DNA of 64,000 nucleotides, taken from positions 1,248,001 to 1,312,000 of the forward strand of contig OZ244044.1 of assembly GCA_965215275.1 (NCBI GenBank), read 5' to 3'. This DNA comes from Thermodesulfobacteriota bacterium (GTDB lineage: Bacteria > Desulfobacterota_D > UBA1144 > Nemesobacterales > JAJCZQ01). Numbering within the stretch: the first letter of the stretch is position 1; each line of letters starts with the position of its first letter. This document shows positions 9,977-20,068 of the stretch, in pieces. The position numbers and the translations under genes are program-made. Below the pieces are notes generated by a model. It saw nothing but the letters and a program-made list of their open reading frames with translations. It ran no database searches and was not told the origin of the DNA.

Positions 9977-11684
9977 GATTGAATGAAACTTATAAGCAAC
10001 TGGAGAAGTTATGAGCTTGCTAACTGGTGTTGTAATCACTTGTGGGACGATCGAGCTTTTCAAAGTTGCATCCGATTCTTTAAAGAAGAGGATAAGTTTG
10101 GAGATCAGGGATCGCTTTGGTCTGAGCGTGGATATTGGTACTGTGGATATTTCCCCACTTGCCAATATAAAGATAGGGGACCTTCGGCTGACGGATGAGG
10201 GGAAAGGAACGGAGAAACCGTTGCTTATTGACGAGATAAAAATATCTCCTTCTTTGTCCTCTTTATTTAGTAAAGGTAAAAAGGCTTCCTTTATCGCAAA
10301 GATCGAAGAAGGCAGTCTTGAAGGTACCGTGGACTACTCCGGTGGTAAAAAGCTGGATTTTTTAGAGGCAAAGCTGGACAGGGTCGATATCAAGGTCATG
10401 GAGAGTTTGTTAAAGAACGTGGAAGACGTTCCAGGTTTTGGCGGGAAGGTAAGTGGAGAGGTTAATGTTTTAACTGACCGGAAGGGCTCTGTAAAAGGTG
10501 ATTTCAGGCTGCGTTCAGACGATCTTTCACTCTCTGGTTTAAAGATCAGGAATTTTTCTTTACCGGACTATAAAAGTTTGAGATCGGATATCAAGGGCAG
10601 GATAAACAGGGGCAGGACATGGATTGATAACCTCCGGATCGAAAGTGAGGACTTTGATCTTGTTCTTGCCGGCACGGCACCGCTGCCCTGGAAGATAAAA
10701 AAGGGGACTTTGGACCTTTCCGTCAATCTGGAATTAAAAACGGGTTCTAAAATGAAGTTTCTCAAGGCCTTTATGAAGGAGGAAGAGGACGGAACCATAT
10801 CTGCAAAGATCAAAGGACCTTTTAGAAAGATCAGGTTTGAGAAAAATTGAGATTGAATGAAACTTATAAGCAACTGGAGAAGTTATGAGCTTGCTAACTG
10901 GTGTTGTAATCACTTGTGGGACGATCGAGCTTTTCAAAGTTGCATCCGATTCTTTAAAGAAGAGGATAAGTTTGGAGATCAGGGATCGCTTTGGTCTGAG
11001 CGTGGATATTGGTACTGTGGATATTTCCCCACTTGCCAATATAAAGATAGGGGACCTTCGGCTGACGGATGAGGGGAAAGGAACGGAGAAACCGTTGCTT
11101 ATTGACGAGATAAAAATATCTCCTTCTTTGTCCTCTTTATTTAGTAAAGGTAAAAAGGCTTCCTTTATCGCAAAGATCGAAGAAGGCAGTCTTGAAGGTA
11201 CCGTGGACTACTCCGGTGGTAAAAAGCTGGATTTTTTAGAGGCAAAGCTGGACAGGGTCGATATCAAGGTCATGGAGAGTTTGTTAAAGAACGTGGAAGA
11301 CGTTCCAGGTTTTGGCGGGAAGGTAAGTGGAGAGGTTAATGTTTTAACTGACCGGAAGGGCTCTGTAAAAGGTGATTTCAGGCTGCGTTCAGACGATCTT
11401 TCACTCTCTGGTTTAAAGATCAGGAATTTTTCTTTACCGGACTATAAAAGTTTGAGATCGGATATCAAGGGCAGGATAAACAGGGGCAGGACATGGATTG
11501 ATAACCTCCGGATCGAAAGTGAGGACTTTGATCTTGTTCTTGCCGGCACGGCACCGCTGCCCTGGAAGATAAAAAAGGGGACTTTGGACCTTTCCGTCAA
11601 TCTGGAATTAAAAACGGGTTCTAAAATGAAGTTTCTCAAGGCCTTTATGAAGGAGGAAGAGGACGGAACCATATCTGCAAAGAT
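9195..11684 (+). repeat. Exact tandem repeat, 874-bp unit, about 2.85 copies
   Basis: Units start at 9195, 10069 and 10943 with CATCCGATTCTTTAAAG; the third unit diverges after 11684. Confidence 0.97.
10011..10850 (+). CDS. Duplicated GspN-like copy lacking the native TM anchor
   Basis: Identical to 9104-9976 from SDSLKKRI onward; new N-terminus comes from the repeat junction. Confidence 0.45.
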   Translation: MSLLTGVVITCGTIELFKVASDSLKKRISLEIRDRFGLSVDIGTVDISPLANIKIGDLRLTDEGKGTEKPLLIDEIKISPSLSSLFSKGKKASFIAKIEEGSLEGTVDYSGGKKLDFLEAKLDRVDIKVMESLLKNVEDVPGFGGKVSGEVNVLTDRKGSVKGDFRLRSDDLSLSGLKIRNFSLPDYKSLRSDIKGRINRGRTWIDNLRIESEDFDLVLAGTAPLPWKIKKGTLDLSVNLELKTGSKMKFLKAFMKEEEDGTISAKIKGPFRKIRFEKN

Positions 11685-11736
11685 TAAACTTGCATCCGAG
11701 ATAGAAAAATTAGAGAACAATAACAGACGAGCTTAG
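10885..11736 (+). CDS. Third GspN-like copy, chimeric at both ends
   Basis: Same body; C-terminus replaced by LASEIEKLENNNRRA. Confidence 0.4.
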   Translation: MSLLTGVVITCGTIELFKVASDSLKKRISLEIRDRFGLSVDIGTVDISPLANIKIGDLRLTDEGKGTEKPLLIDEIKISPSLSSLFSKGKKASFIAKIEEGSLEGTVDYSGGKKLDFLEAKLDRVDIKVMESLLKNVEDVPGFGGKVSGEVNVLTDRKGSVKGDFRLRSDDLSLSGLKIRNFSLPDYKSLRSDIKGRINRGRTWIDNLRIESEDFDLVLAGTAPLPWKIKKGTLDLSVNLELKTGSKMKFLKAFMKEEEDGTISAKIKLASEIEKLENNNRRA

Positions 11737-11866
11737 GAAAGTGAAACATTACTGTGCCACTGACACTTCAGCAGGCAATTGACCGTATTAACAGATATGT
11801 TCTTTCATTAAAAACTGAGCAATTTTGTTATTTAAGTTTTTATAATTTATTTTTAAGTGTTCAGAT

Positions 11867-12952
11867 ATGAAAACTTCTAAGATTTTAGACAAGTTGAGAG
11901 GTCAGATAGATGATATTGACCGACAGGTCCTGGAGCTGGTCAGTGAAAGAGGAAAAGTGGCTCTTAAAGTATCAGAGCATAAACAGAAGAACTCATTAAG
12001 GATATATGATCCTTCCAGGGAAAAAGAGATAGAGAAAAAACTCCTTGAGACCAATTCAGGGCCTCTTTCGGACGAATATATAATATCTATATTCAGACAG
12101 ATCATTTCAGGTTGCAGAAGTTTACAAGGGTCGACAAAAGTTGGTTATTTAGGACCTCAGGGAAGTTTTTCAAGCCAGGCTGCGTTCCATAAATTTGGGG
12201 AATCCGCTGAGATCATACCTTTTGGAAATCTCGAAGATATTTTTGAAGAGGTAAGTGCCAAGAGGCTTGAGTTCGGGATCATACCAGTGGAAAATTCCGT
12301 TGAAGGGTCCATTGGCAGCGTTCTTGATATCCTTCTTTCCTGGGATCTGATAATAACTTCGGAACATTATGAAAGAATAAGGCATTTTGTTCTCTCAAAG
12401 ACCGGCCGGATGAACGACATAAAGGTCCTTGCCTCTCATCCGCAGGCTTTTGGACAGTGCAGGAACTGGATAGGGAGAAATTTGAAAAACGTTGAACTCC
12501 TTGAAACCTCAAGCACCGCGGCCGCGGCAAAAATTGCCTCAGAAGATCAAAAAGTAGCCGCTATTGCCAGCGACCATGCCGCCTCTATTTACGGCCTAAA
12601 GACCGTTCAGTCCTATATTGAGGACGACGCTAAGAACACGACGAGATTTTTAATAATGGGCCATGAAGAGACCTCGATCACCGGGGAGGATAAAACCTCC
12701 GTTGTTTTCTCTCTCAAGGACGAGCCCGGCACGCTTCACAAATCGTTTTTTCTCCCGTTTGCGAAAGAGGACGTGAATCTTTCCAAAATCGAATCAAGAC
12801 CAAGTAAGGACAGGGCATGGGAATATGTTTTTTTTGTTGACTTTATTGGTCATCACAAGGAGAAAAAGATAGCAAAACTGATACAAAGAGTGGAAAAAAA
12901 CTGTATCTTTTTGAAAATTTTAGGGTCTTACCCGATTGGAAAGATCAGTTAG
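11867..12952 (+). CDS. pheA: Chorismate mutase / prephenate dehydratase (P-protein)
   Basis: LRGQIDDIDR chorismate mutase domain, YLGPQGSFS, PVENSVEG, NTTRF, KIESRPS, LGSYP. Confidence 0.96.
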   Translation: MKTSKILDKLRGQIDDIDRQVLELVSERGKVALKVSEHKQKNSLRIYDPSREKEIEKKLLETNSGPLSDEYIISIFRQIISGCRSLQGSTKVGYLGPQGSFSSQAAFHKFGESAEIIPFGNLEDIFEEVSAKRLEFGIIPVENSVEGSIGSVLDILLSWDLIITSEHYERIRHFVLSKTGRMNDIKVLASHPQAFGQCRNWIGRNLKNVELLETSSTAAAAKIASEDQKVAAIASDHAASIYGLKTVQSYIEDDAKNTTRFLIMGHEETSITGEDKTSVVFSLKDEPGTLHKSFFLPFAKEDVNLSKIESRPSKDRAWEYVFFVDFIGHHKEKKIAKLIQRVEKNCIFLKILGSYPIGKIS

Positions 12953-12959
12953 GGATCTT

Positions 12960-14045
12960 ATGCAGCCTCTTGACCAAGTCAAAAAATTAGTTCCCTACCT
13001 GCCTGGAAAACCGGTCGAGGAAGTGGAACGCGAGTTCGGAATTAAAAACTCGATCAAACTTGCTTCTAATGAAAATCCCTTGGGTCCTTCAAGACTGGCA
13101 ATGAAAGCCATTGAAGATATGGTCGGTCAGGTGCACCGTTACCCTGATGGGGGCTGTTTTTATCTAAAGAGAAAAATAGCTTCGTTTTTAGAGGTGAAAG
13201 AGAAGAATTTGATAATCGGCAATGGTTCCAACGATCTGCTGGAGTTGATAGCCAGGACGTACCTTTCCCAAAACGATGAAGCGATCTATGGAGAGTATGC
13301 ATTTATCGTTTATCCCATTGTAGTGCAGTCGGTCGGGGCCAGACACGTCATTTCTCCCATGCCGGAATTAGTTCATGATCTGAAGGACTTTTCCTCAAGG
13401 GTTACGGACAGAACAAAGATCATATTTCTTGCCAACCCTAATAATCCGACTGGAACCATTTTCAGAAAAGCGGATTTTGAGAGCTTTTTATCCGTTGTCC
13501 CGGACAGTGTCCTTATAGTTGTTGATGAGGCGTATTTCGAGTACGTTAACGATGAAAGTTACCCGGACACTCTTCAATATCACGGCAATTTCCCCAATTT
13601 GATCACGATCAGGACCTTCTCCAAGATCTACGGTCTTGCAGGGCTTCGCATTGGATATGCCGTGGCCTCGGAAAGTGTCACAACTTACGTTAACAGGGTC
13701 AGACAACCCTTTAACGTGAACTCTGTTGCTCAGACAGCGGCACTTGCAGCAATAGACGACAGCGACCACCTGGCGTACACCAAAGAGGTCAATGAAACCG
13801 GAATGGAATTTTTAGAAAAAGGCTTTGATGATCTGGGAATTAAATTTATAAGGTCCTGTACGAACTTTATTCTGATAGACCTTCAGCAGGATGTTATGCC
13901 GGTCTACCATGAGTTATTAAAAGAGGGTGTAATTGTCAGACCCGTGGGAGGTTATGGATTAAAGTCCCATTTAAGAGTGACGATCGGAACTGAAAGGGAA
14001 AACAGGAAAGTGATAAGATCTTTTAAAAAGGTTCTGGGTAAATGA
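12960..14045 (+). CDS. hisC: Histidinol-phosphate aminotransferase
   Basis: KLASNENP, NPNNPTG, VDEAY, RTFSKIYGLAGLRIGY. Confidence 0.95.
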   Translation: MQPLDQVKKLVPYLPGKPVEEVEREFGIKNSIKLASNENPLGPSRLAMKAIEDMVGQVHRYPDGGCFYLKRKIASFLEVKEKNLIIGNGSNDLLELIARTYLSQNDEAIYGEYAFIVYPIVVQSVGARHVISPMPELVHDLKDFSSRVTDRTKIIFLANPNNPTGTIFRKADFESFLSVVPDSVLIVVDEAYFEYVNDESYPDTLQYHGNFPNLITIRTFSKIYGLAGLRIGYAVASESVTTYVNRVRQPFNVNSVAQTAALAAIDDSDHLAYTKEVNETGMEFLEKGFDDLGIKFIRSCTNFILIDLQQDVMPVYHELLKEGVIVRPVGGYGLKSHLRVTIGTERENRKVIRSFKKVLGK

Positions 14046-14932
14046 AAATCGACTCGGTAGCCGTTATAGGGATCGGATTGATCGGCGGTTCGGTGTGCAG
14101 AGCGGTGAAAAAGTTCGAAGTTGCCCGCGAGGTCATCGGGATAGACCCTGACGAAAGGGTTCTGCGATTTGCTGCTGCAGAAGGAGTGGTCGATAAGGCA
14201 TTAGTGGAACCGGGCGGCGTGATCGATTCCGAGGTCGTGGTAATTGCAACTTACGTTGACACCATTTCTGATGTTGTTGAAAAAATACTGCCATATCTGA
14301 AGGAAGGTTGCCTGATAACCGACGTTGGAAGCGTTAAATCAGCCGTTGTAAGCGGGGTAAGCAAGGTATTGAACGACAAGGTTTTTTTTATTGGTTCCCA
14401 TCCGATCGCGGGAAAGGAACACTCGGGAATAAAGAACTCCACTCCTGATCTTTTTAATGGGAAAAAAGTGATCGTTACTCCCACGAACGACAGTAATGAA
14501 GCAGCCCTGGAAAAAATAACTGATTTTTGGGTGTCGCTCGGGGCGGAAGTCGTTAATCTTGCACCAGAGTTTCACGACAGGATATTTGCTTACGTGAGCC
14601 ATTTACCTCATTTAGTTGCCTACTCGCTCGTAAATTCCGTTTCTTCTGCCAACATAGATAATATTTTCAGTTACTCCGGGGGTGGATTGAAGGACTATAC
14701 GAGGATATCGGCAAGTTCTCCGGAGATGTGGAAAACGATTTTCTTGCAGAATAAGCGGTATATCCTTGAAAGCATGGAAGCATTTAAAATTAATATGAAG
14801 AGATTAGAGTCTGCAGTTAAGAACGAGGATATAGACGAGTTAATGCAGATCCTTGAAAATGCGGAAAACGTCCAGAGAACGGAGTCTGCTGAAACAAAAC
14901 CTTTTAATCAGGGTTGTAACGATCATGAGTAA
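14042..14932 (+). CDS. tyrA: Prephenate/arogenate dehydrogenase
   Basis: [35 protein letters not shown]. Confidence 0.94.
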   Translation: MKIDSVAVIGIGLIGGSVCRAVKKFEVAREVIGIDPDERVLRFAAAEGVVDKALVEPGGVIDSEVVVIATYVDTISDVVEKILPYLKEGCLITDVGSVKSAVVSGVSKVLNDKVFFIGSHPIAGKEHSGIKNSTPDLFNGKKVIVTPTNDSNEAALEKITDFWVSLGAEVVNLAPEFHDRIFAYVSHLPHLVAYSLVNSVSSANIDNIFSYSGGGLKDYTRISASSPEMWKTIFLQNKRYILESMEAFKINMKRLESAVKNEDIDELMQILENAENVQRTESAETKPFNQGCNDHE

Positions 14933-15332
14933 GATCAAGAAGACAGATAAGGAATGGAAAGAGCGACTTACCGATGAGCAGTACACGGTTACACGGGAGA
15001 AAGGCACCGAAAGACCTTTCACAGGCAAGTACCACGACAACAAAAAAGAGGGATTATATAAATGTATATGTTGTGGTACCGACCTTTTTCGTTCAGATGC
15101 TAAATTTGATTCTGGTACCGGATGGCCGAGTTTTTATAAACCTTTCAGGAAAGACAACGTTAAAACCGAGGTCGACCGAAGTTATGGGATGATCAGGACC
15201 GAAGTGGTCTGTTCCAGGTGTGAGGCTCATCTTGGACACGTTTTTCCCGATGGTCCTGAACCGACCGGCATGAGGTTTTGTATCAATTCCTGCTCATTGG
15301 ACTTTTACGAGGAAAAAATTGAGACAAAGTAG
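14925..15332 (+). CDS. msrB: Peptide methionine-R-sulfoxide reductase
   Basis: [33 protein letters not shown]. Confidence 0.96.
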   Translation: MSKIKKTDKEWKERLTDEQYTVTREKGTERPFTGKYHDNKKEGLYKCICCGTDLFRSDAKFDSGTGWPSFYKPFRKDNVKTEVDRSYGMIRTEVVCSRCEAHLGHVFPDGPEPTGMRFCINSCSLDFYEEKIETK

Positions 15333-16080
15333 AGCAGAGGTCGCCGATAGGGTAGCATGTCTGATAAAAAGCAGTGAAAACTCCGCGGCACTTACCGGAG
15401 CTGGGATCAGTACGGAATCCGGTATACCTGACTACCGCACTCCTGGAAAAGGTCTTTGGGAGAAAATGGATATGTCCGTGGTCTCTTTAGATGGATTTTT
15501 GGAGGACCCGTCCAGATATTACGACTATTGTAAGAAACTTTACAGAATAAGGAGCCAGGCCGTTCCGAACGCGGCGCATATTCTGCTGTCAGAGATGGAG
15601 AAAAAAGGTTTTATCAAAGGTATTGTGACCCAGAACGTTGATGGACTTCACGGTTTGGCCGGTTCTAGGAACGTTCACGAACTGCACGGTTCGCTCAGTC
15701 TTGTAGTATGCATGGACTGTAAAACATTATCTTCTATGAAAGATGCAATGAAAAAAGTATTTGACGGGCAAAATCCGCCGCTTTGTGAGGATTGCGGTGG
15801 TGTTTTGAAACCGAATGCCGTCTTTTTTGGTGAGGCGCTGCCCAGGGTTCCATGGGAAGAATCCGTTAAACTCGTGGAAACATGTGATCTTTTGCTGATA
15901 ATGGGGTCGTCCCTGCAAGTGTCCCCGGTCAGTTATCTTCCTGATATTACCTTAAAAAGGGATGGAAAACTTATAATTATGAATCTTATGCCGACTCCAT
16001 ATGATGACGATGCAGAGGTTGTGGTGCGGGAAAAAATTGCTGAATTTGCCGGTATTTTGGCGGAAAAGCTGTCGATTTAA
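15319..16080 (+). CDS. cobB: NAD-dependent deacylase, sirtuin family
   Basis: [27 protein letters not shown], CxxC...CxxC, GSSLQVSP. Confidence 0.93.
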   Translation: MRQSRAEVADRVACLIKSSENSAALTGAGISTESGIPDYRTPGKGLWEKMDMSVVSLDGFLEDPSRYYDYCKKLYRIRSQAVPNAAHILLSEMEKKGFIKGIVTQNVDGLHGLAGSRNVHELHGSLSLVVCMDCKTLSSMKDAMKKVFDGQNPPLCEDCGGVLKPNAVFFGEALPRVPWEESVKLVETCDLLLIMGSSLQVSPVSYLPDITLKRDGKLIIMNLMPTPYDDDAEVVVREKIAEFAGILAEKLSI

Positions 16081-16268
16081 GTAATTTATTTCACAATTTT
16101 TATTTTTTTAAAAAAACTCTTGACATCGATAGTGGTTCTTTGATATAAATTTTAGCAAGGTGAGGAAAAAAATAGATAGAGTTAATTAGCTCTACCTTAA
16201 ATTATGATTTTCCTCTTCATAGGATTGGAGACAGTCCGTAAAAATCTTTTTTAAGGAGGGTATTAAAT

Positions 16269-17246
16269 ATGCCTAGTCATTTAAATGTTCCTAGCAAATA
16301 CTGGGAACTCACAAAGGAGGTTCCACCACCTCCAATAGAGAGAGACATCAAGTCATGGATTATAGCTAATCCTTCAGATCCTCTATGGGATATTGATGTT
16401 CTGCCTCTGACTTACACTGACAGCCGTTGGTCTGCCTTTGTAGTAAGGTGTGACGAAGCTACCAGGCAGCGTCTTTGCCCAAACCCACCTCTTACCGTAT
16501 GGGATGGAGAGGATGCTGATTTGGTTGAGTACTGGTATGTTGACCACAAAAACACTATGCTTGGTCCATACTTGGAATTCGGTGTAACCGTTTCTGCTAC
16601 ATATAAAGATCCAAATGGTAATGTTTACAAGGCTGGTTACTATCCCTATATGTATCTTACGGGGGATGCTCCGGTTGATGCTGGTCGTGTTCTTGGTTTT
16701 CCAAAGAAAATGTCCTATATAAGATGTTCCGTTCATGGCGGAGAGAAAGGTACTGATTTCTTTGGTTTTGCCATGTCACGTAATGGATATTTGATGCACA
16801 GTGCAACTGGTAAGTTTGATGATAAAGAAGTTAAGCCACCTTTCTTCTATGGCAAGACGGACTGGGGTAAGTTCAACATGAAAGTTATCACCAGGCCTGA
16901 TGTTTCAAGTTCTGAGTGGCAGTTAACCTATCTTCCATCAGCATTGCCACCGCCGTTTGACTCAATGATCCAAGGGCACAGGTTTAAAATTAAACCAGAG
17001 CACACAAGAACAGCTTCCGGCGATGCAATTAACTGGTTTGCACAAGCTACTCCTTTTGACAACATGGGAGCGGAAGTCAAGATTCAGGAAGTTACAGGTC
17101 TTATTTCTTTTGTATTTGACCTCGTTATTCCGCCTGCTGAAGTTCTTTGGACTGAAACATATGAACGTCCTGCAAGCTACAGAGGGTATGCTACTCCATA
17201 TAAATATGGATTGCGTCAGCAGTTCCCGATCAGTCAGGGTTCATAA
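16269..17246 (+). CDS. Acetoacetate decarboxylase-like family protein, paralog 1
   Basis: GPYLEFG, YPYMYL, AGRVLGFPKK (Schiff-base Lys motif); strong RBS AAGGAGG. Confidence 0.7.
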   Translation: MPSHLNVPSKYWELTKEVPPPPIERDIKSWIIANPSDPLWDIDVLPLTYTDSRWSAFVVRCDEATRQRLCPNPPLTVWDGEDADLVEYWYVDHKNTMLGPYLEFGVTVSATYKDPNGNVYKAGYYPYMYLTGDAPVDAGRVLGFPKKMSYIRCSVHGGEKGTDFFGFAMSRNGYLMHSATGKFDDKEVKPPFFYGKTDWGKFNMKVITRPDVSSSEWQLTYLPSALPPPFDSMIQGHRFKIKPEHTRTASGDAINWFAQATPFDNMGAEVKIQEVTGLISFVFDLVIPPAEVLWTETYERPASYRGYATPYKYGLRQQFPISQGS

Positions 17247-17302
17247 GAACTTTAGTTTTATGTTTTGTTGTTGAATAAAAAATTTATTTAGGAGGTATTA
17301 CA

Positions 17303-18274
17303 ATGGGTTTACAAGCAAATGAATACAGCTACCCTTGGTTAGATGAAGGTGAAGTTCCTCCATTACCTTTGGACAGGGACAGGATCCACATCATCTCACA
17401 AGGTGTTGCTGACCCAGTTTTTGATTATGATATTATTCCTCTGACATATACGGAAAGCCGCTGGATGGCTTACTGTATCCGTGCAGATGAAAACGATATG
17501 AAAGCAATCGTTCCGGAACCGATTCAGGTCACTGACGATGTAATTGAGTTCTGGTACGTTATCCACAAAAACACAATGTTAGGACCATACATGGAGTTTG
17601 GTGTAACTTTTTCAGCTACGGTTGATTCTGGTGATGGCCAGATATACAAAGCTGGTTACTATCCTTACATGTATCTTTCAAATGACTCCCCGATTTTTGC
17701 TGGGAAGGAGCCATTTGGATTTCCTAAAAAAGCTGCTTACATTGCTGGTTTTGAGCATGGGACGAACAATAACTACTTCAACCATCTTATGGAACGTCGT
17801 GGTTATATTCTCCATACTGCGAACGGTCGTTATTCAGATAAACCACTTTCCGTCAGACCAACTTTTTATGGTAAGACAGACTGGGGTCGTATGAACTACA
17901 GGATCACGACAAGACCTGACGTGTCAAATAGTATCCATGAGGTTACTTATCTTCCGTCAGAACTTCCACCGGGATTCGGCACAGGCCACCGCTTCCAGTT
18001 GGATCCAAGCAGCATTCGCACGGCTGTTGGTAGCGATATTCGTTCTTGGTATATGTCTGGTACACCTTTTGATTTCATGGGTGGACAGATTCCTGCCAAA
18101 GAGATCGTTGGTCTGATCAGCTTTACGTTTAACCTGATCATTCCACCAGCTCAGACGATATGGACCAAGACTGTGGAAAGAGGTACTGATGATATGGGTC
18201 ATGTCGTTTACTCAACACCATTTGAGTACACCATGAGACATCGCTTCTTACTGCCTCAGTACAGCCAGTGTTAG
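17303..18274 (+). CDS. Acetoacetate decarboxylase-like family protein, paralog 2
   Basis: GPYMEFG, YPYMYL, AGKEPFGFPKK; collinear with paralog 1. Confidence 0.7.
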   Translation: MGLQANEYSYPWLDEGEVPPLPLDRDRIHIISQGVADPVFDYDIIPLTYTESRWMAYCIRADENDMKAIVPEPIQVTDDVIEFWYVIHKNTMLGPYMEFGVTFSATVDSGDGQIYKAGYYPYMYLSNDSPIFAGKEPFGFPKKAAYIAGFEHGTNNNYFNHLMERRGYILHTANGRYSDKPLSVRPTFYGKTDWGRMNYRITTRPDVSNSIHEVTYLPSELPPGFGTGHRFQLDPSSIRTAVGSDIRSWYMSGTPFDFMGGQIPAKEIVGLISFTFNLIIPPAQTIWTKTVERGTDDMGHVVYSTPFEYTMRHRFLLPQYSQC

Positions 18275-18311
18275 TAAATTAGGTTGGAAACAATCGTTTA
18301 AAAAACGAGAG

Positions 18312-18344
18312 AAAAAGGGTTGCTTAACTGCAACCCTTTTTTTT
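18312..18344 (+). terminator. Rho-independent terminator
   Basis: AAAAAGGGTTGC-ttaact-GCAACCCTTTTTTTT. Confidence 0.9.
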
Positions 18345-18377
18345 ATACTTAATTTTTTATTAGAGGGAGCGTTCGTT

Positions 18378-18590
18378 GTGAAATACAAACAGTATAAGGT
18401 TGTGGAAATTCACGAAGGGGTTTTAGGGACCTTGTTGCTTGGCTCTTCAAAGCTGCCAGTTAAAGAGATAGAAAAGGAGATCAACAAATATGCTGCCGAT
18501 GGCTGGAACGTAGTGTTTCAGGTAATTGAATCTAAAAGGGTTTTCTTGTTTTGGCAAAGAGAATCAATGATCCTCACTTTGGGTAAGTGA
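18378..18590 (+). CDS. DUF4177-like small protein
   Basis: YKVVEIHEG...INKYAADGWNVVFQVIE...RESMILTL pattern. Confidence 0.75.
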   Translation: MKYKQYKVVEIHEGVLGTLLLGSSKLPVKEIEKEINKYAADGWNVVFQVIESKRVFLFWQRESMILTLGK

Positions 18591-18628
18591 TTCACGTATG
18601 AACTATGGAAAAACCTTCTACCTGTTTT

Positions 18629-20068
18629 TTAGTCAACCGTTCTTATCTGGATCGAGTCGCTGTTGGTTCGAGTAATTATATCAGAGACTACAACCACCCT
18701 TTCTCCCACTTTGAAACCTTCTTTCTTTAAAGCATCAACTGCTTTTTTAATTGTAAGTTCCGGCTCTTTGTTAAATTTTATTAAATGTGCTGCAACCGAT
18801 CTGTTTAAAGCAAGTTGCCTTTGCACCGTTTTATCTTCCGTAAACGCATATATATAAGTTTTGACAGGTCTGCGGTTCGTTACGTACTGGGCCATGACAC
18901 CACCTTTAGTTATTACGACCACTGCTCTTGAACTTATAGCTTCTGCCAGACCAACTGCCGTAGCGGCGATGTGTTGTTTTTCATTGGTTTTAATAAGGTT
19001 TTTTCTGAAATTGAGTCCTGGCTGTTTTTCGGAAGCTCTTGCAATTTTATCGGTATGTCTTATTGAACTTACGGGGTATTTTCCGATAGAAGTTTCAGCT
19101 GACAGCATTACTGCGTCCACTTCTTCATATACTGCATTGGCTACGTCTGTAACCTCGGCACGTGTGGGAATAGGGTTTTGGATCATCGATTCAAGCATAT
19201 GAGTGGCGACTATGACCCTTTTGCCTTTTTCTTGACAAAGTCTTACGATATTCCTCTGTACATTTGGCAGTTCCTCTATATTTATTTCAATGCCTAAGTC
19301 TCCCCGTGCTACCATAATGGCATCGGAAACATCAATGATCTCTTCTATATTGCGAACTCCCTCTTGATCTTCTATTTTGGAAATGACCTTTATCTTATTG
19401 GCATTTTTACCAAGAAACTTTTTAAGTTCCTTAATGTCTTTTGCTTTTCTTACGAAAGAGAGGGCTATATAGTCAACGCCGTTTTTAATTCCGAAAAGTA
19501 TATCTTTTTTATCTTTGTTCGTGATTGCGGGCAGAGCTATCTTTATACCTGGAAGGTTAACGTGTCTCTTGCTTTTTAATGTACCTCCATCAAGTATTTT
19601 GCATTTAAGCAGACCTTGATTCTTTTTCAATACTCTCAAATTTATAAGACCATTATCGACCGTGATCGTATCTCCCTCGTTTACGGCGTTGATAAGGTCC
19701 TTGTAATCAATGTGGAGTACTGAACTTTCCTCCACGTTCCCTCCTCTCACGGACACCGTTATAACGTCTCCTTTTTTTAGATTGATATCCTTTTGCAAGG
19801 TACCGGTCCTTACCTCGGGGCCCTGAGTGTCCAGGATTATCGCAACCGGATGTTTAAAGGTTTCGTTCAGTTTGGTTACCGATTTGATGATATTCAGATG
19901 AGAGGCATGGTCTCCGTGCGTCATATTAAGTCGAACTGCGTTCATTCCTGCTTTATGCATCGCACTTAATTTCTTTTCAGAGCTGGTTTCCGGACCTATC
20001 GTGCAGATTATCTTAGTGTTTCTCATGGTTAAACCTTGCTCAGAAAGCGTGTTTGAACGTTTTTTCAT
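18629..20068 (-). CDS. pyk: Pyruvate kinase
   Basis: TKIICTIGP, LDTQGPEVRTG, KIE, IMVARGDLG, PTRAEVTDVANA; start inferred from ATGA overlap with the upstream gene. Confidence 0.97.
   Translation of the reverse strand: MKKRSNTLSEQGLTMRNTKIICTIGPETSSEKKLSAMHKAGMNAVRLNMTHGDHASHLNIIKSVTKLNETFKHPVAIILDTQGPEVRTGTLQKDINLKKGDVITVSVRGGNVEESSVLHIDYKDLINAVNEGDTITVDNGLINLRVLKKNQGLLKCKILDGGTLKSKRHVNLPGIKIALPAITNKDKKDILFGIKNGVDYIALSFVRKAKDIKELKKFLGKNANKIKVISKIEDQEGVRNIEEIIDVSDAIMVARGDLGIEINIEELPNVQRNIVRLCQEKGKRVIVATHMLESMIQNPIPTRAEVTDVANAVYEEVDAVMLSAETSIGKYPVSSIRHTDKIARASEKQPGLNFRKNLIKTNEKQHIAATAVGLAEAISSRAVVVITKGGVMAQYVTNRRPVKTYIYAFTEDKTVQRQLALNRSVAAHLIKFNKEPELTIKKAVDALKKEGFKVGERVVVVSDIITRTNSDSIQIRTVD

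Noticed and set aside
9983..10198. 71-aa ORF repeated at 10857-11072
   Set aside because: Product of the repeat junction, reading gspN out of frame.
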